64,000 nt of DNA from Lepidodermella squamata (lineage: Eukaryota > Animalia > Gastrotricha). The translations under genes were made by a program, and so were the position numbers. This document shows positions 1 through 9,684 of this stretch, piece by piece (the first letter of the stretch is position 1; the number at the start of each line of letters is the position of its first letter). A model generated the notes under the pieces. It was not told where the DNA came from and searched no databases. It saw only the letters and a program-made list of their open reading frames with translations. The stretch covers positions 1 through 64,000 of the forward strand of contig JBLDXI010000019.1 in NCBI GenBank assembly GCA_047495785.1, read 5' to 3'.

Positions 1-1863
1 GGCCACCCAGCCTGCTTTCCAGAGAACCAATTTAATTTTTTGCTGCGAAAAACGTTCGGAGAGCTGGCATATGACACTGCAAAACGCGAGGAGCAGCTGA
101 GACAAAATAATTATAAACTGACAACGATTTATGCTTGCGAGTTCAAATCAATGTTAGCGCGCAATCAGGAGCTAGCTAAAGCACTGGAGGCAGCTGTTTC
201 CGTAATCCCGCCGATAAAGCCTCGATCAGCTTTGCTTGTGATAATTATTCAAAAATTACATTTTTAATCATAATTTTTTTTTTAATTGAAGGGCGGAAGG
301 TGTGAAGTACACCGCTGTTTCTTCGAGAAAGATGCCAATACTAGCTTGTTTTACGTTGATATAAACTCCATGTATCCATTTGTTCTGTGGTCGAAAGACT
401 TCCCGTGTCAAGATGTATCAATGCAAGTTTTAAGGTGGCGTTTGGATGATGCGAAATTGAGGGCAAAGTTTTTTGATACAACGGACCCAGCGTTTGGCCT
501 GATATCTTGCAAGATAGTACCAAACGCTGCTTTGATAATTCCCTGTCTCCCATGGAAATACGAAGATCGATTAGTATTTATCAGTTGTAGGACTTGCTAC
601 GTCGAGAAAAATTCAAAAACGAGATGCAATCATAATGATGAAGAGCGTGCTCTAACAGGTGTGTGGACTACTGAAGAGGTACGTATGGCTGTCGAGAAAT
701 TCGGGTATAGCCTTCAATCCGTTTTCGAAATATGGCACTACGAGTCCCGAGGAAATTTGAACTTTAAGGATTTTATAATATCGCTTCAAAAGCTCAAGTT
801 GGAACATACACAAATAGCCGCTAATCTTGACGTAGAGAAATATGTGTCTGATTGCCGAGCGAAGTATGGTATCGATTTAGACACGCAGGCTATGCTATCG
901 CCGAATCCTGCTATGAAGCAGATATCGAAGATCCTACAGAATAGGTAGATGGCGTTGTTTTTTAGCACTGGTCTTGGTCTTATATCCCTCGTAGCTTTTA
1001 CGGCAGATTTTGTCTCCGAAGCAATAATTCTACTGTGAAATATCTTGATTCGCCAGAGCAACTTATAGATCTGTTCGAAAGTCCAGGGAAAGTTGTTCAC
1101 ACCATACTGCCAGTTGGCCCTGATGACGAATCTCAACGAGTCCGCGTTTCATATTCCGATGCTCCAGATCACGAACAACCCTGTCCGAGCAATTCAGAGA
1201 TAATAGCCGCTTTCATAACGTCGTATGCAAGAATTTTGTTGTACGAAGAGGTTGAAGGAAGCTATTCGAAATCAATAATTTTTAAAGCTCTTTGCTTTCT
1301 AGATGGCTCGACTCGGTTCGAGGGTAGTCTATTGCGATAGTAAGCATTTTTTCAATTTCCGAGATTTTTTTCAAATTCAATTTTTTAAGCGGATTCCTTA
1401 ATTTACACGCATCAAGAGGGCGAGTATAAAATTCCAGAGGGACCCTTCATGGGTGAATTCAAATCGGAATTAAGCGATGGCGAAATCATTGAATCATGGG
1501 TTTGCATCTCGCCAAAGTCATACTCATTCGTAACTAATTTCAGGTATCGATGAAAAAATAATTTCACTGCGGATTTTTCGAGGCTTTGATATTTTCAGAT
1601 CTGAGCTCAAGTTCAAAGGAATAACTCAGAGCCTCGCAGGGAAAAAATTGTCACATGAATCTTTAGTCAAGCTGTTATTTGAATCATTGAGCGAATCTGC
1701 GCATCCATCTCTGACTCTTGATCAAACCAGATTCCACCGGCGGCACGTTCCGGCTTCAGTGACTCTTGAAACGCTTGAAAAAAGAATAGCGCCACATTTG
1801 AATGATAAACGAATATTTTGCCCTACATCCTTTACTTCAATACCTTACGGGTACCGGGTATAA
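1..1863 (+). CDS. Protein-primed family B DNA polymerase (pPolB), 5' end outside window; introns at 238-291, 945-994, 1251-1302, 1340-1389, 1544-1598
   Basis: Splicing five GT-AG introns of 50-55 nt gives one open frame of 533 aa with PRSALL^GGRCE, YVDINSMYP (motif A), KILQN^SFYGRF (motif B), YCD^TDS (motif C), ISPKSY, KFKGI and C-terminal SIPYGY. Bases 1-170 resemble the tail of the Vsr-like nuclease insert of Polinton pPolBs (GHPACF...T..RE..L...Y....IYACEF). Confidence 0.95.
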
Positions 1864-1895
1864 CTCTTTCATGCATTCTTCTTCTATTAGAAATT

Positions 1896-2348
1896 ATGTC
1901 AGACAGCATTTCACCGGATCGATTGGCTCCTGAGAGTGTAGCCTCTTACGAGTTTGTAAATTCTGAAGTTACCTGTTGCATTTGCCTTGGAATCATGCTT
2001 ACACCTGTACACATTTCCAACTGTCAACACGCATTCTGCGAAACCTGCATTTGTCGATGGGGCGATCGAGTTGAAGCTGGTAAAAAAGGTGGTTTGGTGG
2101 CGTATATGTACTCGAAGGCTACTTGCCCGAAATGCCGCCAATTATATACTTGCTTGGATCTCACCCCTGGGCCGGCTGTTGTAGATCGATTAGTCTCCCT
2201 TTTGCAGTTTAAATGCGTGAATGAAAAGCGCGGATGCTCAGTCAAAATGGACTATCTCAGTCTCATGGAGCATCAAAAGAAATGCAATAAACGGAAAGTA
2301 CCAAAATATACTGGAAATTTTAAATTTCTTCGTCAAAAAGCTGATTAG
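1896..2348 (+). CDS. RING-finger E3 ligase with a SIAH/TRAF-type zinc finger (RNF41/TRAF-like N-terminus)
   Basis: C3HC4 pattern CCIC...CQHAFCETC...CPKC, then C.NEKRGC...H..KC. ATG at 1896 follows an acceptor-like ttctattag. Confidence 0.88.
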   Translation: MSDSISPDRLAPESVASYEFVNSEVTCCICLGIMLTPVHISNCQHAFCETCICRWGDRVEAGKKGGLVAYMYSKATCPKCRQLYTCLDLTPGPAVVDRLVSLLQFKCVNEKRGCSVKMDYLSLMEHQKKCNKRKVPKYTGNFKFLRQKAD

Positions 2349-2454
2349 GGATTCAGCTTCCCAATTGAATCAAGTCTGAAATCCATCTGAAATAAATCCA
2401 TATGCACCTAAACAAAAATATGTTTGAATTTTAGGATCAAATTAACTAAAAAGA

Positions 2455-2792
2455 ATGAAAAGTTCGTACATTTTGGAGCTTAAACTGACGAATGGCAGTA
2501 CTTTCTACACGACTTTCGATGAATCATCGACACTTGCTGACATCATAGCACATCTACACGCTGCTTGGCCGCCAAAATGGGGCGACAAGCTTGACCTGGA
2601 TCAATTACAGCTCTACTGCAAAGATCGCGCAATCAGAAAGTCGGTGCTGCTCAAGTGTAAGTAAATTTCTACCTTTGAACCGAGCTTGATGATTTTCCAA
2701 TCCTAGCATTGAGTCGCCGCGAACTACATGGCTACAAGCATCGCACTTATTATGTCACTATTGTCTCAAAAAGCCCTCTTCCCGAGCTTTGA
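2455..2792 (+). CDS. UBL3/MUB-like ubiquitin-fold protein, copy 1 (intron 2657-2706, 95 aa)
   Basis: LKLTNG...TLADII.HL...WPPKWG....LQLYC..R; the spliced tail YVTIVSKSPLPEL resembles UBL3 HLVARETLPEP. Confidence 0.75.
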
Positions 2793-2864
2793 ACTTTCTG
2801 CTAATGTATAGTAAAGAAAAATACTATATTCGAGCTTGTTTTAAACTTAGATTTGTAACTTAAA

Positions 2865-3189
2865 ATGGAACCTCAGGCTTTTGAGGAATTTTCAGCTAAT
2901 GTCGCTTGGAGAAATGGAGATCAAATTAGCTTGCGATGCCATGCGTCAATAAAAGTAGACGCTATCCTACAGCAGATATATGACGAATGGCCAGATAGTT
3001 GGGGTGAGAAGCCGCATGTGAAAGAACTCCGACTATGTTACAACGGTAGATGCTTGCATAGGTTCTACAAACCAATAAGAAAGTATTTCCCAAGTATTTC
3101 CCAAGTGTAATTGTTTTTATCCAACAGAACTCTGCAACTATCTCCGAGTGAACGTTTTGGAGCTGACAGCTACAGCGCTTCATGTCTAA
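2865..3189 (+). CDS. UBL3/MUB-like protein, copy 2 (probable short intron ending at 3127; 3' end uncertain)
   Basis: ILQQIYDEWPDSWGEKPHVKELRLCYNGRCLH aligns by eye with UBL3 IAKHVYDNWPMDWEEEQVSSPNILRLIYQGRFLH. Confidence 0.75.
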
Positions 3190-3258
3190 TGATTTTCTGC
3201 TATGTATAAAAGATGGGTAAAAAAAGGGATCTTTTTAATTTTAGAAACATTTGAAAAA

Positions 3259-3516
3259 ATGACTAAATGGAATTTGAAAATTCGTATCGATAAGCGATTG
3301 AGTCCGAAATTAACTCTCAGAACGATTGGCGATCTTAAGGTAAATTCTCAATTGCGAATCCCGCTAATTATAAGAATTATACTCTGGCAGGTTTTGTTTA
3401 TACGCAATTGTCCATGCCAACCATGCGTGATTGTCTCTGGAACGACAAAAGCGAAGATCTTTCGTCTATCTGACATTGAGACCGCAATTTGCTTTTACAA
3501 ACAGCGTGAAAATTAA
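3259..3516 (+). CDS. Small hypothetical protein (about 68 aa after an in-frame intron at 3340-3390)
   Basis: ATG follows a tttag acceptor. AG|GTAAAT...GGCAG defines a 51-nt intron. Same strand and spacing as its neighbours; no recognisable domain. Confidence 0.5.
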   Translation: MTKWNLKIRIDKRLSPKLTLRTIGDLKVNSQLRIPLIIRIILWQVLFIRNCPCQPCVIVSGTTKAKIFRLSDIETAICFYKQREN

Positions 3517-3573
3517 GTCGTGAAAAAAGTGATTCAGGAATGGTTTTTTTATCTTAGGTTATAAAAATAATTG

Positions 3574-3924
3574 ATGGAAGCATCTCAAGATTGCGATTGG
3601 AGCAGCTGCGAATCCCTTGATTCTTGCAATTCTGTTGATTCTTCAACTCAAACTTTGCCTTATGAGCCGAACTCTTCAGCTCTTCTCCTCAGGTGGGTTA
3701 CTGGCGCTAAGGTCATCATAAAATGTCGAAAGTCGACTCAGATGCGCGAAATTTTGAATAAGCTGTGGGAAAAATGGCCCGATGGTTGGACAAGCCGGCC
3801 TTCGGACCCCAGAAAATTGAAAATTTACTACGGCCGGCTCAACATTCAAGACTTGACTAACGTCTACGAATTGAGCAAGGATCTTGACAAACGTCATTTG
3901 GTATTCAACGTACGCTGCGAGTAA
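3574..3924 (+). CDS. UBL3/MUB-like protein, copy 3
   Basis: LLLRWVTGAKVII.C...ILNKLWEKWPDGW...KLKIYYG...HLVFNVR; clearly paralogous to copies 4 and 5. Confidence 0.75.
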   Translation: MEASQDCDWSSCESLDSCNSVDSSTQTLPYEPNSSALLLRWVTGAKVIIKCRKSTQMREILNKLWEKWPDGWTSRPSDPRKLKIYYGRLNIQDLTNVYELSKDLDKRHLVFNVRCE

Positions 3925-4023
3925 TAGTTCATCACAATTCAAACAGTTGAAATCTGTATTAACCTGAATAATTGACGCAGTAAAATTAAATGGTTATGAT
4001 ATTCTTTTTTAGGCGAATTAATA

Positions 4024-4374
4024 ATGATATACTCGGCTGCGATTGAATCCCCTTCGATGAAACCTTCAATTCCAGTAATTAACCTCGTTCAGGATGACGT
4101 AGCTATCTTACTGAAGTGGGAGAATGGCAACAAAGTAATCATGCGTTGTCGACCATGGCTATCATGCGACTCCGTGTTAGCAGCGCTGGGGGCTGACTGG
4201 CCAAAAAATTGGGATAAAATTGGACCCACTGACAGATTGCATTTGCACTACAATAAACTTTGCCTTCCCCCTTTTGGTTATAAAGTCGGAGATTTTCTGA
4301 AAGATAGCAGACATCGCTTTGTAACGCTACATGTAAAATCATTTGAGCCCAAGATCAAGCGCATTTGTCCTTAG
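4024..4374 (+). CDS. UBL3/MUB-like protein, copy 4
   Basis: ILLKWENGNKVIMRC...ADWPKNW...LHLHYN...FVTLHVK. Confidence 0.75.
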   Translation: MIYSAAIESPSMKPSIPVINLVQDDVAILLKWENGNKVIMRCRPWLSCDSVLAALGADWPKNWDKIGPTDRLHLHYNKLCLPPFGYKVGDFLKDSRHRFVTLHVKSFEPKIKRICP

Positions 4375-4424
4375 TAAAGTGTTTAATTAACTCTGATTTT
4401 TCTAGTGCAGTTAACTAAAATCGC

Positions 4425-4766
4425 ATGGAAATAGCAAACGATATCTCTCAAACCCTAAGCAAGACGGAAGACTCGACAATTCCAGTAATTGACATAGTTC
4501 GGAACGATCTGACTGTCATTCTTAAGTGGGTTACTGGAGATAAAGTAATCATGCACTGTGAAGAGTTGGATTGTCCGTATGACATTATTCGCAAGTTAAT
4601 GGCGACCTGGCCAAAAAGATGGAAATTCGATAAATCGGCTGAACCTCATACATTATACTTATGCTACGGCGGTCTTAAGCTGCCAGGGTGGCACAGGATG
4701 AGGTTTTTTTTACCTGCTAATGATTCCAGCCGACGATATGTAACACTTGATGTCAAATATATGTAA
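4425..4766 (+). CDS. UBL3/MUB-like protein, copy 5
   Basis: VILKWVTGDKVIMHC...ATWPKRW...LYLCYGG...YVTLDVK; shares an IPVI.(L/I)V..D leader with copy 4. Confidence 0.75.
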   Translation: MEIANDISQTLSKTEDSTIPVIDIVRNDLTVILKWVTGDKVIMHCEELDCPYDIIRKLMATWPKRWKFDKSAEPHTLYLCYGGLKLPGWHRMRFFLPANDSSRRYVTLDVKYM

Positions 4767-4873
4767 TATTAATCGTTTGATTTTATCCGTTTATTCAACG
4801 CATAGGTAATAGGTATTCAATAAATATATCATATGTAATTTCGGGTAATTTTTTATTTTTTTAGGAAAATATT

Positions 4874-5790
4874 ATGATAGCTGACTTCTACAATTCTGGA
4901 TTGCCCCCGAATTTCGCGTGGAAAATAGTGAAATCATTGAAGGTTTGCTGACAAGTAGTCTGGACCTAAAACGCATTTTTTGTATTGTAGCCGTTCGACA
5001 ACTTGCGACCAAAATCTGTTCAGCGAGCATCAGGATTCAGGCGGTTGAAAGTGATGTGCATTTCCGACACGCACGACAGCGATTTTGTTTCAAAGGTGTC
5101 GAAAGCTCAAACATCGGCTCAAGCTGATATTTTGGTTCACGCGGGTGACATTACGACTTTCGGAAGTTCAGCAGAACTACGTCGATTTGATCGTCTGTTA
5201 TCAAGCGTCAAGCCAATGTTCCGAGAAGTAGTTGTTATCGCTGGAAATCACGATCGATGTTTGCAAAGCGGCGAATATGAGCTGAAAAATTGCATCTACT
5301 TGCAAGATGAGGCGATCAGAATCAGCGGTCTTCTGTTTTACGGCACGCCGTGGTAAGTTTCTTGAATCGTGTTTCTTGATTCAAGTTTCTTTCGCGAAGG
5401 ACACCGTGGACTGACAGTCGACATTCGGCTTTCACGCGTGCGAGAGGTCGAGAAATTAGCGCGAAATGGGAGATGATTCCCAGCGATACCGACATATTAG
5501 TTACTCATAGTCCCATGTTGGGTGTTCTGGATCAAACATCGAGTGGTGAGCGGATCGGCTGCCTTTCGCTCGCTGATCAAATTTTAACTCGCATTAACCC
5601 AAAGCTTCACATTTTTGGGCACGCTCATTTCAGTAATCATGTAACAAAAGAAAAATTGAATTCAACTTTTTCTTTTTATTAAGGTCGCGGAGAATTTGAA
5701 ACTGATAATACATTGTTTGTGAATGCAAGCCTGTGTGACGACGAGAACAAGTTACAGTTCAACCCGATATCTGTGGAGTTGCTCTACTAA
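4874..5790 (+). CDS. Calcineurin-like metallophosphoesterase, MPPED1/2 (239FB) type; introns 4943-4990, 5353-5399, 5633-5683; 256 aa
   Basis: The five metal-binding motifs are present: ISDTH, HAGD, AGNHD, THSP, FGHAH. Family motifs YLQDE, YGTPW, KW..IP..TDIL.TH and FVNAS appear after splicing. Confidence 0.92.
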
Positions 5791-6587
5791 CGATCTGGCT
5801 TTGGAATCCATGCTGCCCATCCGCCGCTTTGTCCGCGGGTTTTCGGAGGTGATGTCAACACTCGAGGATTCGTCGCCTTTATCGATCCCGCATCGACTAT
5901 TTTGTGTAGTCGTTCTGCTGAATCCGTTGTCAATGGAGCATTCGTATCCGTAATATTTTGTAGGAACTCTAACAACGGCCATGAATCAACTACCGTTCCC
6001 GAATTCGGACTTAACAGATTGATCGTTTTATTTGGTGAAATTACAACCCTCTTGGACCTATTGGGTCCTTTCAAATCACTAAGTATCTTAGTCACCAGCA
6101 ATCTCCGAGTTTTCGACTGGAAGCTATCAATGATTTCTTTAAAGTCCAAGGGTTTTTCAGGAGATACCTCCTCGCCCTGTTCTATTTTGGGAGAGCGAGT
6201 TGCTAACGGAGTTGTAGGTCGTTGCTTCACAGGGGATAAATTAGCTTCAGTCTCGCTTATCTCATTTTCATCCTCTAATGGATCATTAGATTTGGGTTCT
6301 GATTTTGTCTCTGCAATTTTTAATTCGCTTACAACGCGCTGAAACTCGCGGAAGGCAGAGTTGAATTTGTACAGCTTCCGACGAGCGTCTTCCTCTACAT
6401 TGTCGGAAGATGACAATGCAGTTAGCATTTGCATTGCGTTACGCTTCAGCAAGCCTTTCTGCGCAGGTTCAGATGCTTCCTTGATTAATCGTTTACTCTC
6501 TGTCTCAACGGTATTCTTTGCGTCGTCATGCTTTAGCGCTCCTGGAACAAGGGCATAACGCTTTGCAAACTGGCCGAATCCACTCAT
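5787..6587 (-). CDS. Polinton protein of unknown function (probably virion-associated)
   Basis: Last gene of the virion operon. N-terminal KRYALVP resembles the K.M.LVP start I recall from Polinton ORFs at this position; C-terminal QSGG motif. Confidence 0.6.
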   Translation of the reverse strand: MSGFGQFAKRYALVPGALKHDDAKNTVETESKRLIKEASEPAQKGLLKRNAMQMLTALSSSDNVEEDARRKLYKFNSAFREFQRVVSELKIAETKSEPKSNDPLEDENEISETEANLSPVKQRPTTPLATRSPKIEQGEEVSPEKPLDFKEIIDSFQSKTRRLLVTKILSDLKGPNRSKRVVISPNKTINLLSPNSGTVVDSWPLLEFLQNITDTNAPLTTDSAERLHKIVDAGSIKATNPRVLTSPPKTRGQSGGWAAWIPKPDR

Positions 6588-6666
6588 TTTCGTGTGGCTT
6601 TGACAATTGCTTCGACCACTGTGGGAAGTATTCCTAAAATTGGTCTCATTTATCAATTTTTTTTAA

Positions 6667-6999
6667 TTAAAAAATAAGCAAACCAGCTACGGCTGACAAT
6701 AGCGGTACTACAAAAGCTGCCCCGCCTTTCTGAACTATGTACTGACGATTACTGCTAACAGTTCGCTCGCTTTCACCTAATTTTCTGATAGATTTACTAA
6801 ATCTTCGCAGCTTTTTCGCTAATCTCGGCGAAATCTGAAGGTTCTTGTTGAGGAGATTGAGGCAAACTTCGCTTATAATTCTGATGACCGTATCCGGAGC
6901 AATAGATAACAACTGCCTACGCCGATCAATAGATTTTGCTCGAACTATTTCTCTTATAAAACCCAAAACGCGCTGCGATTTATCGTATGACTTGCGCAT
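6667..6999 (-). CDS. Basic Polinton core protein with an adenovirus pX-like C-terminus
   Basis: ISEVCLNLL..N......KKL......IRKL...QKGG followed by a hydrophobic helix AAFVVPLLSAVAGLLIF, like the pX tail GGFLPALIPIIAAAI. Confidence 0.75.
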   Translation of the reverse strand: MRKSYDKSQRVLGFIREIVRAKSIDRRRQLLSIAPDTVIRIISEVCLNLLNKNLQISPRLAKKLRRFSKSIRKLGESERTVSSNRQYIVQKGGAAFVVPLLSAVAGLLIF

Positions 7000-7055
7000 A
7001 TCTTTAGACCATTATAAATGTGAACAAACACCTCATTTATATATACATTTTATTA

Positions 7056-7799
7056 TTATTTCGGTACATAAATTACACCAGGGAAAGCGCCCACCCCAGT
7101 TCTATAGCGCATAAACTCCGGACAATCAGGACTGAGGTCGATAAGTAAGTAACGATGTCCGCCTTTGCTTGTTTCCATTTCGAAACTCTCCACTACGAAC
7201 CGCCAGCGCAGCGGTTCCAATTGCAGGGCGAGATAGCGGAACGATGTGAGATCTGCACGATGCCGAAAAATGAATAAATATTTAGCATTCAGCGTCATTT
7301 CTTTGGACATTTTTCCTTTGCAGAATATTGCTTGCTGAGTAAAAAATACAGATAACTTCAAATGATGAGAGTATCGATAAAATAATTGAAGAATTTTCGG
7401 ATCGTTTCTTCCTGTATCATACAAGTCATCTATCACTAACAATGTATAAGTATCATCTCCACTGCTTGATTGGAATTCTTCAAAGTTTAGTTGCTCTAGA
7501 CCTTTGCGAAACTCAACAGTAAGACCACGGCTTTTTTCTACTTCATCCTTTATTTGCTGATGCATCCCGGTCTCAACCCCGTAAAACCATAACACTCGAT
7601 GCGGCGCTGGTGATATGGATTCCGGGTCGTTAAGAATTCGTCGAATAAGCCATGTTTTGCCTAATATACATAGGATGAAATGAGATAATATTTATGAATC
7701 GCACAACTAACCTGCGCCGCTAGGACCTATAACGAGCGAGCAGAAAGGGGCTTGCAAGCTAAGCGATACATCTATTTCTGATGGCAAATCGCCAGACAT
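7056..7799 (-). CDS. Genome-packaging ATPase (A32/FtsK-like); intron 7661-7711; 230 aa
   Basis: The spliced protein has Walker A VIGPSGAG^KT, Walker B LLVIDDL, YSHH..SVFFTQQ, LNAKYL.IF and YLLIDL. Its ATG (7799) lies inside the 3' end of the protease gene. Confidence 0.93.
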
Positions 7800-8338
7800 G
7801 ACTGGTGACCGCTACAGGTACCGAAATGACGGGACATTTTCTCAGATTTGCTAACTTTAAATATTCGATTCACCTGATCAACTATGAAATTATCCGTATT
7901 TTTATCAGGAAGCATTTGCGCAATCTTATCCATAGATGCTCCCCTCGCGAACCAGTGAAGCGTTAAATATGCGTAGTAGCCACAAACCGCCGTTGAATCG
8001 CTCTGATATTTATGCTTGTTATAAATGTAATTATTTTTCGAGTTGATGTTCGTTAAAAATGCTTCTATAGCCTTGTTATAGAAGTTCCCGCGCCGACCAT
8101 AGCTATCAAAGAATAAAGCCGGCTCGTTTGTTTGTGGGACATAAATTGACAGCCAATGACTTCCCGGCTGACCAGCGGCGTCTGTATTTACAATTAGAGC
8201 CATGGGACGCTCGCTCATCCCCTGATATCGTGATAGATAATCCCATGGTATAGTCTTTTTAACTGGAATTTTATTGAGATTTCTATCACAGCCAAGTAGA
8301 CAGTCCAACTGGAGGGTATTTAGTTGACCTCCGTTCAT
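7772..8338 (-). CDS. Adenain-like cysteine protease (capsid maturation)
   Basis: IVNTD....PGSHW (His), FFDSYG (Asp) and YQS..TAVCGYY (Gln/Cys) catalytic motifs. Confidence 0.93.
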   Translation of the reverse strand: MNGGQLNTLQLDCLLGCDRNLNKIPVKKTIPWDYLSRYQGMSERPMALIVNTDAAGQPGSHWLSIYVPQTNEPALFFDSYGRRGNFYNKAIEAFLTNINSKNNYIYNKHKYQSDSTAVCGYYAYLTLHWFARGASMDKIAQMLPDKNTDNFIVDQVNRIFKVSKSEKMSRHFGTCSGHQSCLAICHQK

Positions 8339-8343
8339 GCTAT

Positions 8344-9633
8344 TCACGTAAAGTCGACCAGGACGTTTCGTGCAAAATTCAGCTCGATAACTTGATCCGT
8401 CTCAAAGTAACAGAGAAGTATCAGGTTATCGGCTAATGCTTTTTTAAATAATAAATCAATAGAAAGCACGCCACTTTTAACCAGACTGTATGCACTACGA
8501 CTTGAGTCGGGTGAGAGATCGAATCCTATAAAGGAAAAGCCGTCCTTGCTGTATTCTGATAGCTTTATACCATTTGTTTTAGTCGAGTAAGGAAACAGCG
8601 TCTCCCTAAGAGCACTCATAGCCCGAGCCGATGTATTTTCGCCCTCTCCAAATTCGAGCGGGCTGTTTGGGACATGCTCGCTATCTATTGTGACAGACAC
8701 GCGCTGAACGCCAGCGTTTTTAAAGTTGTAAGGACTGGTGAAGATGTCGCCTTTGAAATCACTATCGCTAACGAAAGACATCACCAGTCGTCTGGGTATT
8801 TTCCCTAGTATAACGTGCCCAAGGTTGTAGTTAAGAGATCCCTTTTGCAAATTCAAGACTTTAATGAACGATCTGTTCACACCATACTTGGCCGTGGTTT
8901 TTGTTAGTGTTCGATTCAGCGCCAACGTAAATTGCGGAGATACGCGAACGCGACGCAATTTGAGCTTAGCATCAGTAACTGTTAGTGTATAGTCCATCTT
9001 GTCCCCGGCAGGTTTCATCAGAGCAAACGCCTCAGGTGCGCGTATGAAAGTCAACTTGAAGGGCGTAGCCGGAATCAGAAATTTCGGCTGAGAGAATAGC
9101 TCTAAATGTGGCTTGCCTATAAGAACCATCTCGCCTTGCTTTGCCCAAGCAAGTCTGGCGGTATGACCCTTGCCAGCAGGATCGCTGACTTTACCAGCTT
9201 CGTCTGAATAATAGCCTTGCAATGCCAAGTAGCTATCCTTAGCTGTCGGATCACAACTCAGTAAAGTTGAAATATAAGCCTTATAATTATATGTCGGAGC
9301 CGGTTCGCTGATTTGCGTATTATTTATGCTCATATCTATTTGACTGAACATACTATGCAACAGAAGGTTAACCGGCGAGCAAGTAAGGTCAGCTAAAGTC
9401 TTTGACGCGTCGCCATTCACTATTTTACATGTTATTTCCACGTATGAACGGCTCAAATCTGTCCAATCATTGCTTGGAGGGATGTCAAAATCAATGCGTG
9501 ACTGATTGGCGATCGCGGAAACTGGTCCATATTCTGTAATGTAATTGCTCTCTATCTCAACTTGAGTAGGGTTCAACGAAAAGACATTCAGCTCAGCGCG
9601 AATTGCGTTTTCAGAAGAGGGGTGGACGTACAT
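8344..9633 (-). CDS. Major capsid protein (double jelly-roll, hexon-like)
   Basis: 429 aa, intronless. EL.VF...PTQ..I, TDLSRSY, PVNLLLHSMFSQID, YNYKAYI.TLL, LFSQPKFL, G.IPRRL, SPYNFKN and F.GFDLSPD are typical Polinton MCP motifs. Confidence 0.93.
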   Translation of the reverse strand: MYVHPSSENAIRAELNVFSLNPTQVEIESNYITEYGPVSAIANQSRIDFDIPPSNDWTDLSRSYVEITCKIVNGDASKTLADLTCSPVNLLLHSMFSQIDMSINNTQISEPAPTYNYKAYISTLLSCDPTAKDSYLALQGYYSDEAGKVSDPAGKGHTARLAWAKQGEMVLIGKPHLELFSQPKFLIPATPFKLTFIRAPEAFALMKPAGDKMDYTLTVTDAKLKLRRVRVSPQFTLALNRTLTKTTAKYGVNRSFIKVLNLQKGSLNYNLGHVILGKIPRRLVMSFVSDSDFKGDIFTSPYNFKNAGVQRVSVTIDSEHVPNSPLEFGEGENTSARAMSALRETLFPYSTKTNGIKLSEYSKDGFSFIGFDLSPDSSRSAYSLVKSGVLSIDLLFKKALADNLILLCYFETDQVIELNFARNVLVDFT

Positions 9634-9684
9634 GGCAGTGAGATGATTATTTAATCTCGGTTTTAACTCCTTTAAATAGGGTTT

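Noticed and set aside
1-1863. Fragmented polymerase ORFs read as a degraded pseudogene
   Set aside because: Every break is bounded by GT...AG at 50-55 nt, and removal restores frame and catalytic motifs.
2455-4766. UBL array as exons of one poly-UBL protein
   Set aside because: The joins I tested (copy 3 to 4, copy 4 to 5) from donors near the stops to the next acceptor are out of frame or hit stops, and each ORF has its own ATG.
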